In this document: in pieces, positions 11,863 to 25,238 of the stretch
Layout: each line of letters opens with the position of its first letter
Numbering within the stretch: position 1 is the first letter of the stretch
Assembly: GCA_051294905.1 (NCBI GenBank)
Contig: CM119380.1
Span: forward strand, 11,036,001 to 11,100,000
Origin: Botryllus schlosseri
Lineage: Eukaryota
Direction of reading: 5' to 3'
DNA length: 64,000 nucleotides
Notes under the pieces: model-generated
Told to the model about the DNA's origin: nothing
The model's input: the letters and a program-made list of their open reading frames with translations, nothing else
Database searches by the model: none
Made by a program: the position numbers and the translations under genes

Positions 11863-13329
11863 GGGATCTCAAGAATCGAGATTCGGATGTAATCTATTTA
11901 CCACGTACTGGCTCACCGCCAGACGATGAGATTTGGACAAATACCAATCTAGTTAGTTTATGATCAACCAATTGCTAGTTTTTTGAGTAGTTCTAGTTCT
12001 GGTTGCGAATTTTCATAAGTTGATAGCTCTAGTTGTAGTTCTAGTTAAGCAATATAGAATTGGTTGCCGAAAACTACAAAACACGTGTCATCATTGGGCG
12101 CTTATAATGGAACCGGTGTCCTGTTATGGGGTATCCTTGTAACCCTTGCTAGCTCAGAGTCATCACTACCAACAGGGGCGTAGCTAGAGGGTGGGTTTCG
12201 TGCGTCATGTGTAAGTGTTCATGTGTGAAGTCGATCCGATTTCAAGGATTGAAAATATATGATTGCTTCGGAATGGAATTTAATAAATTGTGTTTTAGTA
12301 AGTTGCGGATTTTTAAAGGACGTAAGTTCTAGTTGTAGTCGCGCATTTTCAAAAAGCAAAACTTTTTACATGTCTGTAAACAAGAACCTGTGACCGTCAT
12401 GTATGCTCGTTTTGCTGTAACTACCTTAATATATATATAATAAAAAAATTAAAAAAAATTAAAATTTTACTGTCAATCCCATGATATTGTTAAGTTGCCT
12501 AAAATAACGATACATTTAAATTTTTGCTCATTTCCAACCGGTAGAAGCGCCGTTATTGCAGTTGAAAGTTTTGAATTCAGAAAAATAGCATTGACGGTGG
12601 GTAATCCCACGATTATTTATGAAAAACTCAAATAATTTCGCTTCTGCGGGTTGGAATTGCGTCAAATTTGCCAAAAAAATCAATTTAGATTCAAAATTGT
12701 TCATTGGCTTGGCGTCGGCTTCTGCTGGGTGGAATTTAGCCATATTTGGTGTGCAGTTTTTTTTTTTGGCAACCTAACAATGTAATCAGTAGATCCCCGG
12801 AATCCAGAAAAAAGATATTTTTTAGGAACACCAGTATACATATTTTGAGCGACCCTGTATATATATACCGCCGCTGTAGAAACACAGTAGCGTATGCTAA
12901 TTTTTCAAATTTTGTGAGCCACTGTTCAGATTTCGAAAAAATTAGGTTTCTGTAAACTTTCTTTTTCAGACATATCTTGACCATGGTAATGTTTTTCATA
13001 ATGTTTCAACGTTGATCATGGCACAAAAACTTAAATCTCTGAAAATGTGTAAAATGGCTATAAGCTACTCTGATTTCATCGCTATAATATGCAGCGTTAG
13101 GTGTAAGATTGCTGCGAGAACAGGATAGTTGCCAGAAGTTGCGCCGTTAAAGAATTTAGCCGCCGCTCAGCTTCTCGTGATATCTGTCACCAAACGTAGT
13201 GTATAGCTGCTGGGCGTCGGAAAACGCGGGATACCAGACGTCAGTCAGCTATGAGCCTTCTTGAAATACTGGATGCAACCGTCATCTAGCGATTCACTGG
13301 TTCCCACGTCAAACGCCACCTAAACACTC

Positions 13330-14100
13330 GGCGTTTGACTCTGGGCGGGTTTAGCCCTACTCTGTGAAGAACTATCGTTTGTACTTCGGTTTATTTTATT
13401 CTGAAAACTCTGAACCGTACGTGCATTTTCTACTTTTTCGGTGTCGATGTCAGAGAGACTTGTTGTTGATGATGACCTGAGTGCGGTCTGAAGATTGTTA
13501 TATGTCATATGATAAATTGAACATGTTCTACAGTTGCTGTCTTAATGGGACTATTTGAGTGGAAGCGCTCCGTACTATAAATCTCAACTCCTGATAGAAT
13601 TGTGCTGGATGATACCAGCATTTTTTCAGTTACTTTCAGCATGGAATGGCGGGCGAGATGAAATCGTTGGACTGGCCGTATGTTTGACATCACAGTAATA
13701 AAGGAAATATCCTAACTACAGAAATATGCCTAACAGCCCGGGTGTTGATCCGGCATTAATTTCATTTCTGTTGTGACGCCCTGGCTCTCTCTCATATCTG
13801 TATATCACGTGATTTATGTCTTTCTTCTCGTACCACGTGACTGACCATTTATCAGCCCACGCATTTCAATTAGAAGCAAGACTCATCTGCGATATCCTAC
13901 TGTATATTCCATGCATATTCGAGCAATATATCTATCTGAGGCAATACTGTCGTTGCATTCACGTTGAAGTTGTCAGATCAAGGACTTAACGCAGCAACGT
14001 GCGTGTACTACCCACGAGCTAAGTATTATACACCCAGCCACACATTACGTGGGACTCAGATTACAACTCTAGCAGGTTATCAGACGACACACCTTCTACA
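13330..14100 (-). mobile_element. Heavily decayed CR1/L2-type LINE RT C-terminal remnant
   Basis: Minus-strand motifs AWADKWSVTW (about 13833-13862, cf. xWxxKWxMxFN), LLGIFL and SNIRPV (cf. LYxSLIRPxLEY) occur in the expected order, with many stops and frameshifts. Confidence 0.45.
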
Positions 14101-14176
14101 TGGTGCAATCTCGTGAGATGATTTCAGCTTCAACGAAGGACGAATCGCCTCCTACACAATTGGACTGACAACTGCT

Positions 14177-16384
14177 ATGGAACTATCCAGGACTTATTCA
14201 GACTTACTCGGTAAATCCGTTTACTTGACTTCGAATTTCGGGAATGCATTTTGCCGTGAGAATGATTTATCTCACTCGGCTTTATCGGCTAGCAGCAAAT
14301 TTTCTCATAATTGCTCGATTCGTGCTTTTCATATAATTCTATTCCTTGTTTGTGTTCCAATATCTGTCGCCATGACATTCAGAGAACCAGATTTGAGTGA
14401 TACTCTGACACTGACAAAACGTTGTCTATTGGTTTCGTTTTTATATTACGGCCTTAAAAACTATTATTTGTATCATACTCACTATCTACATGGTAGCCCT
14501 GATGAAAAGAAAATTTATAAATCATTTGCAAATGGTTTGTCACGTACTATAGTCAGAGCCAAAAAGTCCTACTATGTTAAACTTTTTGAAGAACACAAAC
14601 ATGACCCGAAGTCAATGTGGAATTCTATCAACAGTCTGATCAATTTGAAAAAATACAAGGAATCCTTTCCATCTAAAATACGATTAGAAAATGGTGATAT
14701 GACCTCTGACCTTGGTGAGATTACAAATTTATTTAATGTATACTTTTCCTCCATTGGGTCCAAATTAGCAAATGCCCTACCAAATCTGTCTCCTAATACC
14801 TCATCAAGCTGCAAAACTCTACGGTGTTCACAACAATCTATTTACCTGAGCCCCTGCTCTGAACCTGAAATGCTGACCACTATTGCTACCTTAAAAAGTG
14901 ATAAGTCGTGTGGTATGGATTCTATTCCACCCAAGTTACTAAAGCATGTTGCTTATCTAATTGCCCCGCCACTTACCACATTCTTTAATTTCTCAATATC
15001 AAATGGTATTTTCCCATGTCACCTCAAGCAAGCAAAAGTTGTGCCTGTCCACAAGAAGTCGGATCGCCTCGTACTAGGCAACTATAGACCCATATCAGTG
15101 CTAAATTCTATCGCTACGGTTTTTGAAAAAATCATGTATCAAAGATTTTTCGATTTTGTCACGAGAAACGCTATCATAAGCAATAACCAATTCGGATTTT
15201 TAGCTAATAGAAACACATCCCAAGCTCTAGTTGACCTTACTAGCAGACACGCCAAGCTCATGGATCAAAATAAGCCATCATGTTGCATCTTCCTCGATAT
15301 AAGCAAAGCTTTTGATTCAGTATGTCATTCCATCCTCATAGAAAAACTATATTCGTACGGTTTCCGTGGGGTTGCCAGAGACCTAATTACCAGCTACCTA
15401 TCCCAACGCAAACAATATGTCAGTATAAATGAATCAGTATCCAGATGCAGCACTATAACATACGGGGTCCCACAAGGGTCAGTCTTGGGTCCGTTGCTAT
15501 TTCTTCTATATATTAACGATCTACATCGCGCAACATCTTTACAAAGTGTTCTATTTGCTGACGATGCTTGTTTTTCTGGACACGCAAACTCCACAGAAGA
15601 ACTGAAGTACCAAGTCTCCCACGAGCTGAAAAAAATTCACTCGTGGATGACGAGAAACCGCCTCACAACAAACCCTGATAAAACTCAAATCATCCTTTTC
15701 CTTCCTCCGCGAATCCGCACCCAGCCAACCTTTTCCATTCCTTTCGGGAACTGCACTATCCTTCCTACTGAATCAGTCCGTTATCTTGGCATTCAAATAG
15801 ACAACAAGTTGTCATGGAAACATCACATCTATCTCGTCACCTCTAAATTATCTCGGGCCACCGGTATTTTGCATAGGCTAAAAAATTTGTTATCGCGTAA
15901 TGGTCTGCGGTCGATATATTTTTCAATCTTCCATTCACAATTACAATACTGTGTCAGTGTGTGGGGTCACACCCATTCTACATATCTTAAGCCCATTATC
16001 ACTCTCCAAAATAGTGCTATACGGGCACTAAGTGGTGTAGGTCTTCGTCGTAGATTGCTGCCAGAATACAAAAAACTTGGTATTCTGAGAATGACAGACG
16101 TCATAAAATACGAAACGGCAAAAATGATGCACAATATCTTCCATCATAATAGATCCTTCTTCGACAAACATTTCACTACTTTTGCCTCAGTACACTCGCA
16201 CTTCACTCGTTCTGCCTCATCTAATGGTTTGTTACTTCCGCGTGTAGATAAATCGTCCTCCCAGAAAAGTTTCTATTATATTGGTGCCGCTACCTGGAAC
16301 TCTCTACCAAAAGACCTCAGAGATTTGCCCGATCATCTATTTAAAAAACGTTATCGGAAATATATATTAGATAGGTATAATTGA
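14177..16384 (+). CDS. Non-LTR retrotransposon (L2/CR1/Crack-type) reverse transcriptase ORF, lacking the endonuclease domain
   Basis: 735-aa ORF with NYRPISVL, NNQFGF, FLDISKAFDSV, GVPQGSVLGPLLFLLYINDL, FADD, RYLGIQID and WNSLP motifs. Homology starts near residue 95 (KNYYLY...RAKKSYY). No APE motifs. Confidence 0.95.
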   Translation: MELSRTYSDLLGKSVYLTSNFGNAFCRENDLSHSALSASSKFSHNCSIRAFHIILFLVCVPISVAMTFREPDLSDTLTLTKRCLLVSFLYYGLKNYYLYHTHYLHGSPDEKKIYKSFANGLSRTIVRAKKSYYVKLFEEHKHDPKSMWNSINSLINLKKYKESFPSKIRLENGDMTSDLGEITNLFNVYFSSIGSKLANALPNLSPNTSSSCKTLRCSQQSIYLSPCSEPEMLTTIATLKSDKSCGMDSIPPKLLKHVAYLIAPPLTTFFNFSISNGIFPCHLKQAKVVPVHKKSDRLVLGNYRPISVLNSIATVFEKIMYQRFFDFVTRNAIISNNQFGFLANRNTSQALVDLTSRHAKLMDQNKPSCCIFLDISKAFDSVCHSILIEKLYSYGFRGVARDLITSYLSQRKQYVSINESVSRCSTITYGVPQGSVLGPLLFLLYINDLHRATSLQSVLFADDACFSGHANSTEELKYQVSHELKKIHSWMTRNRLTTNPDKTQIILFLPPRIRTQPTFSIPFGNCTILPTESVRYLGIQIDNKLSWKHHIYLVTSKLSRATGILHRLKNLLSRNGLRSIYFSIFHSQLQYCVSVWGHTHSTYLKPIITLQNSAIRALSGVGLRRRLLPEYKKLGILRMTDVIKYETAKMMHNIFHHNRSFFDKHFTTFASVHSHFTRSASSNGLLLPRVDKSSSQKSFYYIGAATWNSLPKDLRDLPDHLFKKRYRKYILDRYN

Positions 16385-16672
16385 TAATATGCCGATTTTG
16401 CAATCTACTGTCTTATTGTTGAAAAGTACCGTATAATCTACTCTATTGACCCTTTTCTGCACTGCTGTCTTGAAACTGTAATATTTATAGCTCATGTATC
16501 CTTGTTGAATTTTTTTCTCTGCTTTTCTTGTAGTTTTGTATATTTATTGTCATTTGTTTTGTGCCATTGAATATAATGTGTATACTCCTTCAGGTGGCGA
16601 CTGTGTACTAAGGCCTTGCGGCCCCTCGTCGTCATCCTGGTCCGTACCGGATTTTCACTGGTGTGACAAATA

Positions 16673-16707
<35 letters not shown>
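14450..16707 (+). mobile_element. 5'-truncated LINE with 3' UTR and (ATTG)n tail
   Basis: T-rich 3' UTR, stem-loop-like GGCC-ttgc-GGCC near 16612-16623, then AATAAA and an (ATTG)n tail at about 16676-16706. No TSD found. Confidence 0.9.
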
Positions 16708-17562
16708 TGAATCTTACCGTTTTGCTTTCTAACGAAATTAGCACATACATTCTGGGTCGGGAGTTACACTCTCGCCCACTTGATAAAATCGCTTCTCTCC
16801 CCGGTCAAATCGAAGAATTACTACCGAGTCACTATTACTTACTTCCAAATACAACTTCACTTTCGCACGAATAGCATACCTCAGTAGTGTGACAAACCAT
16901 TTGCTTACAGATGCCCAATTGTTCAACAACTCAATTTCTATTGCGACTGTAAATTTTGCAGTTTTTCCTACCGTCATATTACCGCGTAAATCACTGCTAA
17001 CCACCGTGGTTATTTACCAATCTTTTTTTGTTAGTTTTTTTTAATAATCACGGCATTTCCGTGGAACATAACTACCAATTCCATGATTTTAATTTCGGAA
17101 TATCTCTTTAAACCTAATTCATACCCTAATTTTATTTACGGCTCTACCTTCCACCTATTCATTCGTATAGTGATTTCATATGTAATTCATGCGACATTGA
17201 CTTTTTTCCCGCATTCAAGCGCTACTTTTTTTTAACTGCCATAACTATACCGTCAATGTGAATTCGATACAAATAGTGACGCGGCTTTTCGCCCGACTAT
17301 ATCATTGCATTCCACCGCGATTCCATATGACAATTCCGCGGAAAAATCGACTCTTTTTAACCGAGAATTTATAGTATATAGCTATCTAATCAGGTCAGCA
17401 TTGTAACCATTGGCATTCTGTGACCCCCGAGACGAATAGTTGGTTACATGCTGGATGTTGTTTGTTCTCTTTCCATGTTATTATCGGTGGCGAGTAAGGT
17501 GGTAGTACGATTTTTGCAGCTGTAACACCAATGAATTCTTCGCTGATTGGACATTTCTATTC

Positions 17563-18829
17563 CAGGGGTTCTTAACCAGCGTAGGGACCCATCGGGGTAC
17601 GAAGCACCACATCAGGATGTACGAGACGCATCGTGGAATTAGTCCTATATGCTGTGGAATATTTTCTTGGCCAATTTATTCAACTGGAAAATAGTCTTTG
17701 CGCAACGTGCGATTTTATGTGAATGGGCTTTCTGATTTCAATATAGGTACCATCAAAAATTTTGTTGAAAATGGACAGGGGCTACGAGAAATCTTATTGA
17801 AAGTAGGGGTGGTGTGAACCTCTGAAAGGTTCAGGTTCGTGTGAACGCGAACCTTTTTGAAAGGTTCTGTGTGAACACGAACCTCATGACGTCACGTGAC
17901 GTCATATTGCAAATTCCAACCCTACATTTCAGTGAAGTGATAGTCTATATTAATGTACAATGCACACGATACCTAACGACGACTCGGGCCACAATGCTAA
18001 AGTACATATTGAAGTTCAAACGACGCCAAATGTATCAAATCGGGGCAATCAAATGATATAATGATACCATAAAGTCAATATCTTCCGTCGTTTTGCCAAC
18101 AATTTTGACGATGACTTGCGAGGGAACGGTCTAGGCCAGACCGGACAATGTATTCGGCGTCCGAGCATTGCTACGTTGATATTTAGCAGAGTATAAAACA
18201 GGTTTCTATAGCCTACTTGTTACCGATATTACCCCATCAACAAGTTATACAGCAGTAGCCATCACCCCAATCGCACGTATTTGGTTTTTATGATACAATA
18301 AACATATGAAGTCAAGATTGCCCCGTACGCCTGCTAGGTTTTTTAAATCAGACAACGATATCAATGTCATTGATTGGTTGAATAAGCATCATTCGCTCAC
18401 AACCTCCGTCCTACATGTAGTGTATTTCGCTATTGATGTTATGTGATTGTGGGTCAAGCTCACAGCAAAATAAATATTCACGAACGGAAAGTTGAATATT
18501 TGGAGGAAACATTTGTAACAAAGCAATTTTTGAGATTGTCAAGGTGCAAACTCGTTTAGTGTTGATTTTTTTTAATGCTGGCAGCGCCATGCATAGAGTT
18601 TTCCGCAGTTGAAATGCAATAAATTTCATCCAAAGTTGTCATAATGAAGTGAAAGTTGTAATATATGAAAAAGGTTCACAGTGCAGAGCCTATACCAAGG
18701 TTCGTTTGTGAACGTGAACCTCTAAATTTCCGAGGTTCACACACAGAACGCGAACGTGAACCTCACGTTCACACCATCCCTAATTGAAAGCACCAGGGGC
18801 ACGATCGCTAAAAAGGTTAAGAAGCTATG
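17563..18829. mobile_element. CAG-type hAT MITE interrupted by the 17804-18782 element
   Basis: Left TIR CAGGGGTTCTTAACC and degenerate right TIR GGTTAAGAAGCTATG. Confidence 0.6.
17804..18782. mobile_element. Non-autonomous hAT element (TAGGG-type TIR)
   Basis: TIRs TAGGGGTGGTGTGAAC / GTTCACACCATCCCTA; perfect 8-bp TSD ATTGAAAG. Confidence 0.92.
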
Positions 18830-19479
18830 GGTCAATAATGATTATATTTAAGTTGTTATTGATATGTTTCAATAATAATCGAATGCAACAAAATCTAACG
18901 CTTGTTTAATTTGACTTTGGCAATGACAGTAACAATAGCCTATATTTATCACGACTATATCGAAACCAGAATTACATTTCCGCGATGTTTGTGGAATGCC
19001 TGTGTGCAAGGTCTCGTCAAATAAGGCCTACTTCGAAATTATACATGGAATATCGCTATTATTGATGCTGCGGCCCGCGGGGTCATCAAAAACTATGAAA
19101 TTGGCCCGCTAGCACATTTGAGTTTGAGACCTCTGGTTTAACCGTTCAAGTAGCGGGAAGTGCGGCAGACTGTGACCGCGGGCAACAATATAATGTACGA
19201 CCGCGCGGAAACTGTCCTGCGGGCTGCTCATATTCCGGATCCGGCCAACGGGCCGTATTTTGCCGGTCCCTGATATCGATTATATAGATATAGACTTGGG
19301 CATAAATAGAATGTGGAAAGTACAAAACCAATAAAATATACGGTTCACACAAAACAAATATGTGATAAGAAAAATTTACTTCAGACCAGTGTGACCTCTG
19401 CTGACCACTTTCAGATACCAGATTAGAAATGCGAGGCCTCATCGTATTGTTAAACGTAACAGCGTGAGGCCAATTGCTT

Positions 19480-19700
19480 AATTGCAAATGAGCTTATAAA
19501 TATTGGAGATAGAATTAGCATTTCAGAAAAATCTGGTATCGATTTCGAACTTCAACCTCCTGTGCGTACGCCACTGCAAACGGCGTACCAATATAACAGT
19601 CACATCTAGACTATACTGACCAGGCCTAATTATCCCTGCAACCAAGGATGGCCAAGACCGGCGTATCATCGCAAATCATTTTAAAGAGTTGAATGTGTTT
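19480..19700 (+). repeat. Dispersed repeat, second copy at about 61735-61950
   Basis: Shared blocks gcttaattgcaaatgagct, tcgatttcga, cgccactgca.acggcgta and tcatcgcaaatcat in the same order. Confidence 0.6.
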
Positions 19701-20905
19701 CTTGATATCCGCGGAACCCCGGAAAGAGATGGCTTAACACCGGTTGAGAACCACTGAGACAAAGCCCTGCAATGGCATGCTAAACCGTTCATTCGTTTTT
19801 TGTCTAACAGGAGATATCATGGCTTTGCGGTAAATGAAAGGGTTAAACGGGAACAACATACAACGAATTGATATAAACATATCCGCGTGGATATTTATGA
19901 AGTCTAAGCAGGTTACGCTATCCTCAGAGAACCTACCCTCGATTCGTGATTTTACGAGGCTGTAACATGGTAGAGAATATAAGAAAAGCAGTCCCCCCCC
20001 CCCTTTTTGCAGGCCACAAAATCGCGTCTGCATGAACGGGGCAAACAAACAATGGCGTTATGTTAAAAAACACACGTCATCGGAAAAAGTGACAAAGTAG
20101 TCAGCCACTTATGTAACCAATGAAGAACGGGCGTTAATTGAAATGGACGCCGTGGAAAATAACCAAGCTTTTCACGATCTCTCGCTGATATGAGTCGCAT
20201 TTTCGTAACACGATTCTTCCAGAAAGTCGAGAGTGTGAGCCATATACACAGGCTGAGTAAATGGCATCATTTTAAGATGAAAACAATTCGCTTCTTTAAA
20301 GAGAATCACAATCTTGCTAATATAATGTGACTATGGGTGCAGACTTGGAAAACTAGAAAAAATTCAGTTCAAGTTTTCTGAATTATATCAGAACTATGAT
20401 TACAGCTACACAGTTTTCTCCAAATTAGACCAGAACTTGAATTACTGAATTCTCTTAAGCTTGAACATCGAAAGTAGTTCAATTCATATCAAACCAAATC
20501 AGATTTGATTCTCATCAGCATGAGAATGGCACATGTCTGCAGTGTACCGTACACTAAGCGTGGCTCGTTTCGCACGATGCACTTCTCCTGTAACATTTTA
20601 CGGAATACCAGAATTAGTTTAGAATTGTATGATTAGATTATTGTTAAATTATCTAGTTGTCCAAGTCTGCTAACATCACTAAGACACAGATTTTTAAATA
20701 CATTACATTATTTCACTTATATTCGCAGTTAAAAAGTTGCAACACCCTGCTACCGTCACTTTATATTACGATTGTGCGTTCCAAATGCCGATAGATAGTT
20801 GTTTTGAAGACTAGGATCGATAATCTCCCATTCTAAGCCTTGATTTCGCGGCAGGGCGTACTGTATATAGGGGCAAATGCGTCGGGCATGCGCGAGCCTG
20901 TAGCT

Positions 20906-21749
20906 CAGGGGTGGGCAAACTTTTGAGCTCACGGGCCGCATTCAACATCTGAATCCATTCGCGGGCCGCACTATATAAAATTGGAATCATAAACCAAAAC
21001 GCAATATTGCTGGTATTTGATTATATAGTGACGACATGGAAATAATATATATGCTTATATAAACCAACCAAACATTTCTATGATGATATCGTAGACGCAC
21101 CAGAAACAATGGCGAGATTTCATAGGCTGGTCGACCTCAATAACCAATTTGTCAAAACTACATAGATGAAAGTCTGTTGCCCCGATTCTTAGAACAGGAT
21201 TGAAATTTAAATCTGTGAGCAGTGTTCTGTTCATAGATTTACTAATTCCGCTATTGGTTCAGATCCAGGACACACAATGCTGACAGTATCATAACCATGC
21301 TTGCTTCAAACATGTTTCTACTATATGTGTAGATTTCGCGCCCCCTTATCGTTATATCACAAAACGCAACCAGGATGCTATAGCAAACCTAACGGATAGT
21401 TTGGTGGCATGGGAGGTTACGGCTATTGATTTTCAATATGAAATTCATGCTAAATACAGAGCAATAATTATGAATTATTGGTAAATCGCGCGAAGCGCGA
21501 AAAAAATTTCAGTCGAGCTCAGTTTCGCGATCCCTTTCAGATGGTTTCATGACCCCAAGGTGCACCATTCCCCCAGGTTGAGACCCACTGCCTTAATTAA
21601 AAAAGAGTTTAATCAAGTCCCTGCATTAATTCGATTTTTAGTACGCATTTTATCAATATTTTTAATAAGTTTCTTTAGACTCTCGCGGGCCGCACAGAAT
21701 GGTGTTGCGGGCCGCATGCGGCCCGCGGGCCGTAGTTTGCCCACCCCTG
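20906..21749. mobile_element. Non-autonomous hAT element, same family as 58089-59136 in the opposite orientation
   Basis: TIRs CAGGGGTGGGCAAAC / GTTTGCCCACCCCTG; perfect TSD CTGTAGCT; contains a remnant of a nested MITE. Confidence 0.92.
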
Positions 21750-23599
21750 CTGTAGCTTGACGCAAGTTATACTTGAACGATCCCGTCTATACATAGACTC
21801 GGGACTTTGAGCCGTGTTCTAAAATTTCTCTTGAAGCGCGCCTCTGTAAAGCTAGCACGAAAAGGTCAAGGGCGGTAATCCATCACTGAAAGTTATTATG
21901 CAATTGCGGAATTTGCGACCAGCATAGCATACATAACTAGGGTAAAATACGTGAATCACATTTGTCAATATGGCAACAGACCCATACTTGTCGACAGGGG
22001 CGGTCAAAGTGTCAGCGTTGCTGCTCAAGTAGAGATAGAAGTAACGTAGTAAAATTCTAGTCCAAGAACTATACTTTCTAATATTCAAAATCCAAATTTT
22101 TAAAAGTCAGTAGCTCTGCCTACAAAACGCTGTTCAAGAAGTTGAAGAAGCCCAAAATATAACCACTCTAGTAAGTTGTGCAAGCAGTCAAAGCTGACCT
22201 AGAGTGCTTCGAAAAAGTAGAAATATTTCCTGACTGACCACATTTACTTAACAGCTTTCATGAATGCGAATAACGTAGCCCCTGCAAACGTTCGGTAATC
22301 AAGACTTCCGCTAGCAAAGGATTTCAGCGGGAAGCATTCGTTGACAACTGACGTCACAGTGGCGATGGATCGTTTATCAATCACAACCAATCGCTGACAT
22401 TGAGAGTGTCAAACCGAGTTTGCGCACTTGCCAATGCGGAATAACTTTCATGATCAAAACAAGTCTAATGCAATGCTCTGGTATTTATTGTTTGCACGCG
22501 AAACCACAAGAACACGGCGCAGTAGCTCAACGAAATTGACTGTGAATTTGTAGTACTTTCATTCAGGGTTTGGGAACGATATGACCGTTGAAAGGTAATG
22601 AAGTCCGCATCGAATTTGAAAATTCGAAATTTTTGGACAGGACGGGTTGGGATCGCGAATGCTATTTTACAATAGGCAATTAAAGCTCAGGATTAATAAG
22701 TGTATGAAAGTTGATCTAGCTAAGGGAAGGTATCATACTGAGACAGTAATCATGGCCGAGCGTGTCAGGGGTAATTGTAACACTCCGTTACGTGTGCCCC
22801 GTTACAATATCTTTTCAATGCTGAATATTATTTTTTTATGTGTCACAATCACAATCAACTATTATTATTTATATTGATGTGGCAGCCGTGCTCTATACTG
22901 TCCCTTATGTCAGTTGCGTTATCATTGCATCGTGCTTTCACTGCCTCTTTTGCTTCCGGCCGATTCGGCGGACGCGCACCCAATACATAGGCTACTCTAC
23001 AGCAGCTGTCGAATCGTGTGCGATCAACAACGGACGATGGTCTTTTAGATTAATAATATTATCTCCCTCAGAAAAAATCCCAATAAAATGAAAATGAGGG
23101 GAGGTCCAGAAATGCTGACACAACAAGACATAGTTGTGTTATGGGGCTTTTTGGTTGATATCTGAAAAGCTCTCATGCGGTGCTTTCACCACCGTCCGCT
23201 AACTGGCGGTCGTACGTCATGGAAGTTTCCGAGCTGCGGTTGTCAATAGCAGAAAGGCTGAACAGTGAACACTCCTGGTGTAGTTGGATGTCGAAAGTAT
23301 ACTGGACACGAATATCAGACTTAAGACGCAAAATCGTTCGTACAGAGGAATTGAGATTAGGAAGGTTGTGACTGGATAATGTGTAGTGGAATTGGATATT
23401 GAAGAACCTCTCGAGTTTCCGCCGTGTTAAGATCGTTTCAAGGAACCAAAAATGTTACCTTATCAGTACACCTTCTGTTTGAGTTGAGACCCTGCCCGTA
23501 GAATATCGTCCAGGATAACAGGTGGCTATTTATTCCAAAGGTAGCAGCATCAGTAACACAGCTTCTGAGCCCAAGAGGTTTAAATTCGAGGCGCTACAA

Positions 23600-24036
23600 A
23601 TCGAGTAGGCCTACTGCAATATAAGTCTAGTATTGAAGAAAATGATCAAGTCGGACTAAGTGCACGCATTACCCCCACACATCCGTGAATTGCCTTATAA
23701 TAGATTCAAAAATGCCCTACTTGATCACCTCTTGTCGTTACACTAACACTGTTGCCCTACCTCGCCCAGACATTGCTTCATTGATCATTTGCTACCATCG
23801 TTTAATTTTTCTTCTATTTTATTTTTTCAACTACTGTAGCCTTTTTTACAGCCAGACTGGTTAGAGTCAAGTGTACCTGTTTGATGCTGGTGTGATCAGA
23901 CTAGATGACCTTCACGGTCTTATCGATCATTCCTATCTAATACCGAATACTGTGCAAGCATATTTTCTGTACCACCATCACTTCCGTGTGTTATGTATTT
24001 TGGTTAGATGAAAATAAAGACTCTCTCTCTCTCTCT
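23600..24036 (+). mobile_element. L2-like LINE 3' fragment with (CT)n tail
   Basis: PHIRELPYNRFKNALLDHLLSLH* (stop 23744-23746) resembles the C-terminus of the 14177 ORF. It is followed by a T-rich UTR, AATAAA (24013-24018) and (CT)n. Confidence 0.7.
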
Positions 24037-25238
24037 TAGGGGCCGCGGATTTTACATCGAAAAGGATATTTGTTGTTGTTGAAGACCTTCTGCCGTCAGT
24101 CACCCGCTTATATATCATGTTAGCATGGACCGTAGCTAGAACGAAATATTTTCAAAATTCCGTTTCTATAGGATGTATATAGTCTCATCTTAATCGGTAT
24201 TCTGGTTATATTATCTTGTAATATAGGTCAGGGGAAGAAAACAAGCGTATTCACTAATGATCGTGATTACTTTTTCCGTGATATTGATTACGAACACTTG
24301 GGCGCATACAATCTGCTCCATGCTTAGTGATAATGATACACATCTCAGACTGCTAAATCTATACTTAATGTAGCTCTGGGCGTAGTACTGGATGAATAGG
24401 CCTACTGGCGCGAACATTTAGATTGCCGCCTTGATTTTGATACTATTATTATTATTATTCGCATCCTTACGCTTAGACTGAACCATATCATCCGTATATT
24501 TGGCCATGCCGCGTGGTTGAAGCCATACGACAGTCTTTTGATCAACGTTATTCTCATTACAATGTGGCTGGCAGGTAGCGTAGTTGTAGATGTTTCGCTG
24601 CTTTTGCTTGCGTGTTCAAGGCAACTGAGGTAACCCCACATTCTCTATCTCAGTGTCGGAGCTTTAGCTATATTCTATAAGCATTGTGTTACCAAAGTAT
24701 AAAACAATAGATGGTCATGCTCTACGTCACGAATCATATAAAGCAATATCGGGCTGCTGATAACAAAGACCATTGTTGTCCAAACGCCATGGATAGCTAT
24801 GAGTACAATGGTAAATGGATTTCCTTAGTCAAACGAAACGCGCGGTACTGACGAGTCAGAATAACAAACTGAACTAAAAAGTAAATCTCGGGATGATAAA
24901 TGACCTGGCTACTGTCATGGAAATAACCCGTTATTCTGGTATGGCACGGTAACAGTCAGCACCGGGAAATCTCTGTCGGATAATTATCGTTGAAAATTAT
25001 TGATGATTTTCATATGACTTGAGACGTGGTTGAAAGGATGTATGTAATTTTATGTAGCCGGTGCACGCTGTGTCATTGATAATAACTATGGCTATTTATT
25101 ATACTATTATTATTGACCATGTTGCTCGTTTGCATACGTTTCCGTTTTGATCTTGACAATTGCTGTTCATTCTTCATCAGCAGGGCGATTCTCTTTTACC
25201 TAAAAATCAATTTTGTCACATGTTTTGACCCTACAATT

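Noticed and set aside
20750-22200. Possible decayed CR1 fragments (LYITIVRSK; VQEVEEAQNITT) around the 20906 MITE
   Set aside because: The motifs are too short and degenerate to support without an alignment.
22340-22440. TGACGTCA plus CCAAT boxes as a promoter
   Set aside because: No downstream gene could be built, and short motifs like these recur inside TEs in this window.
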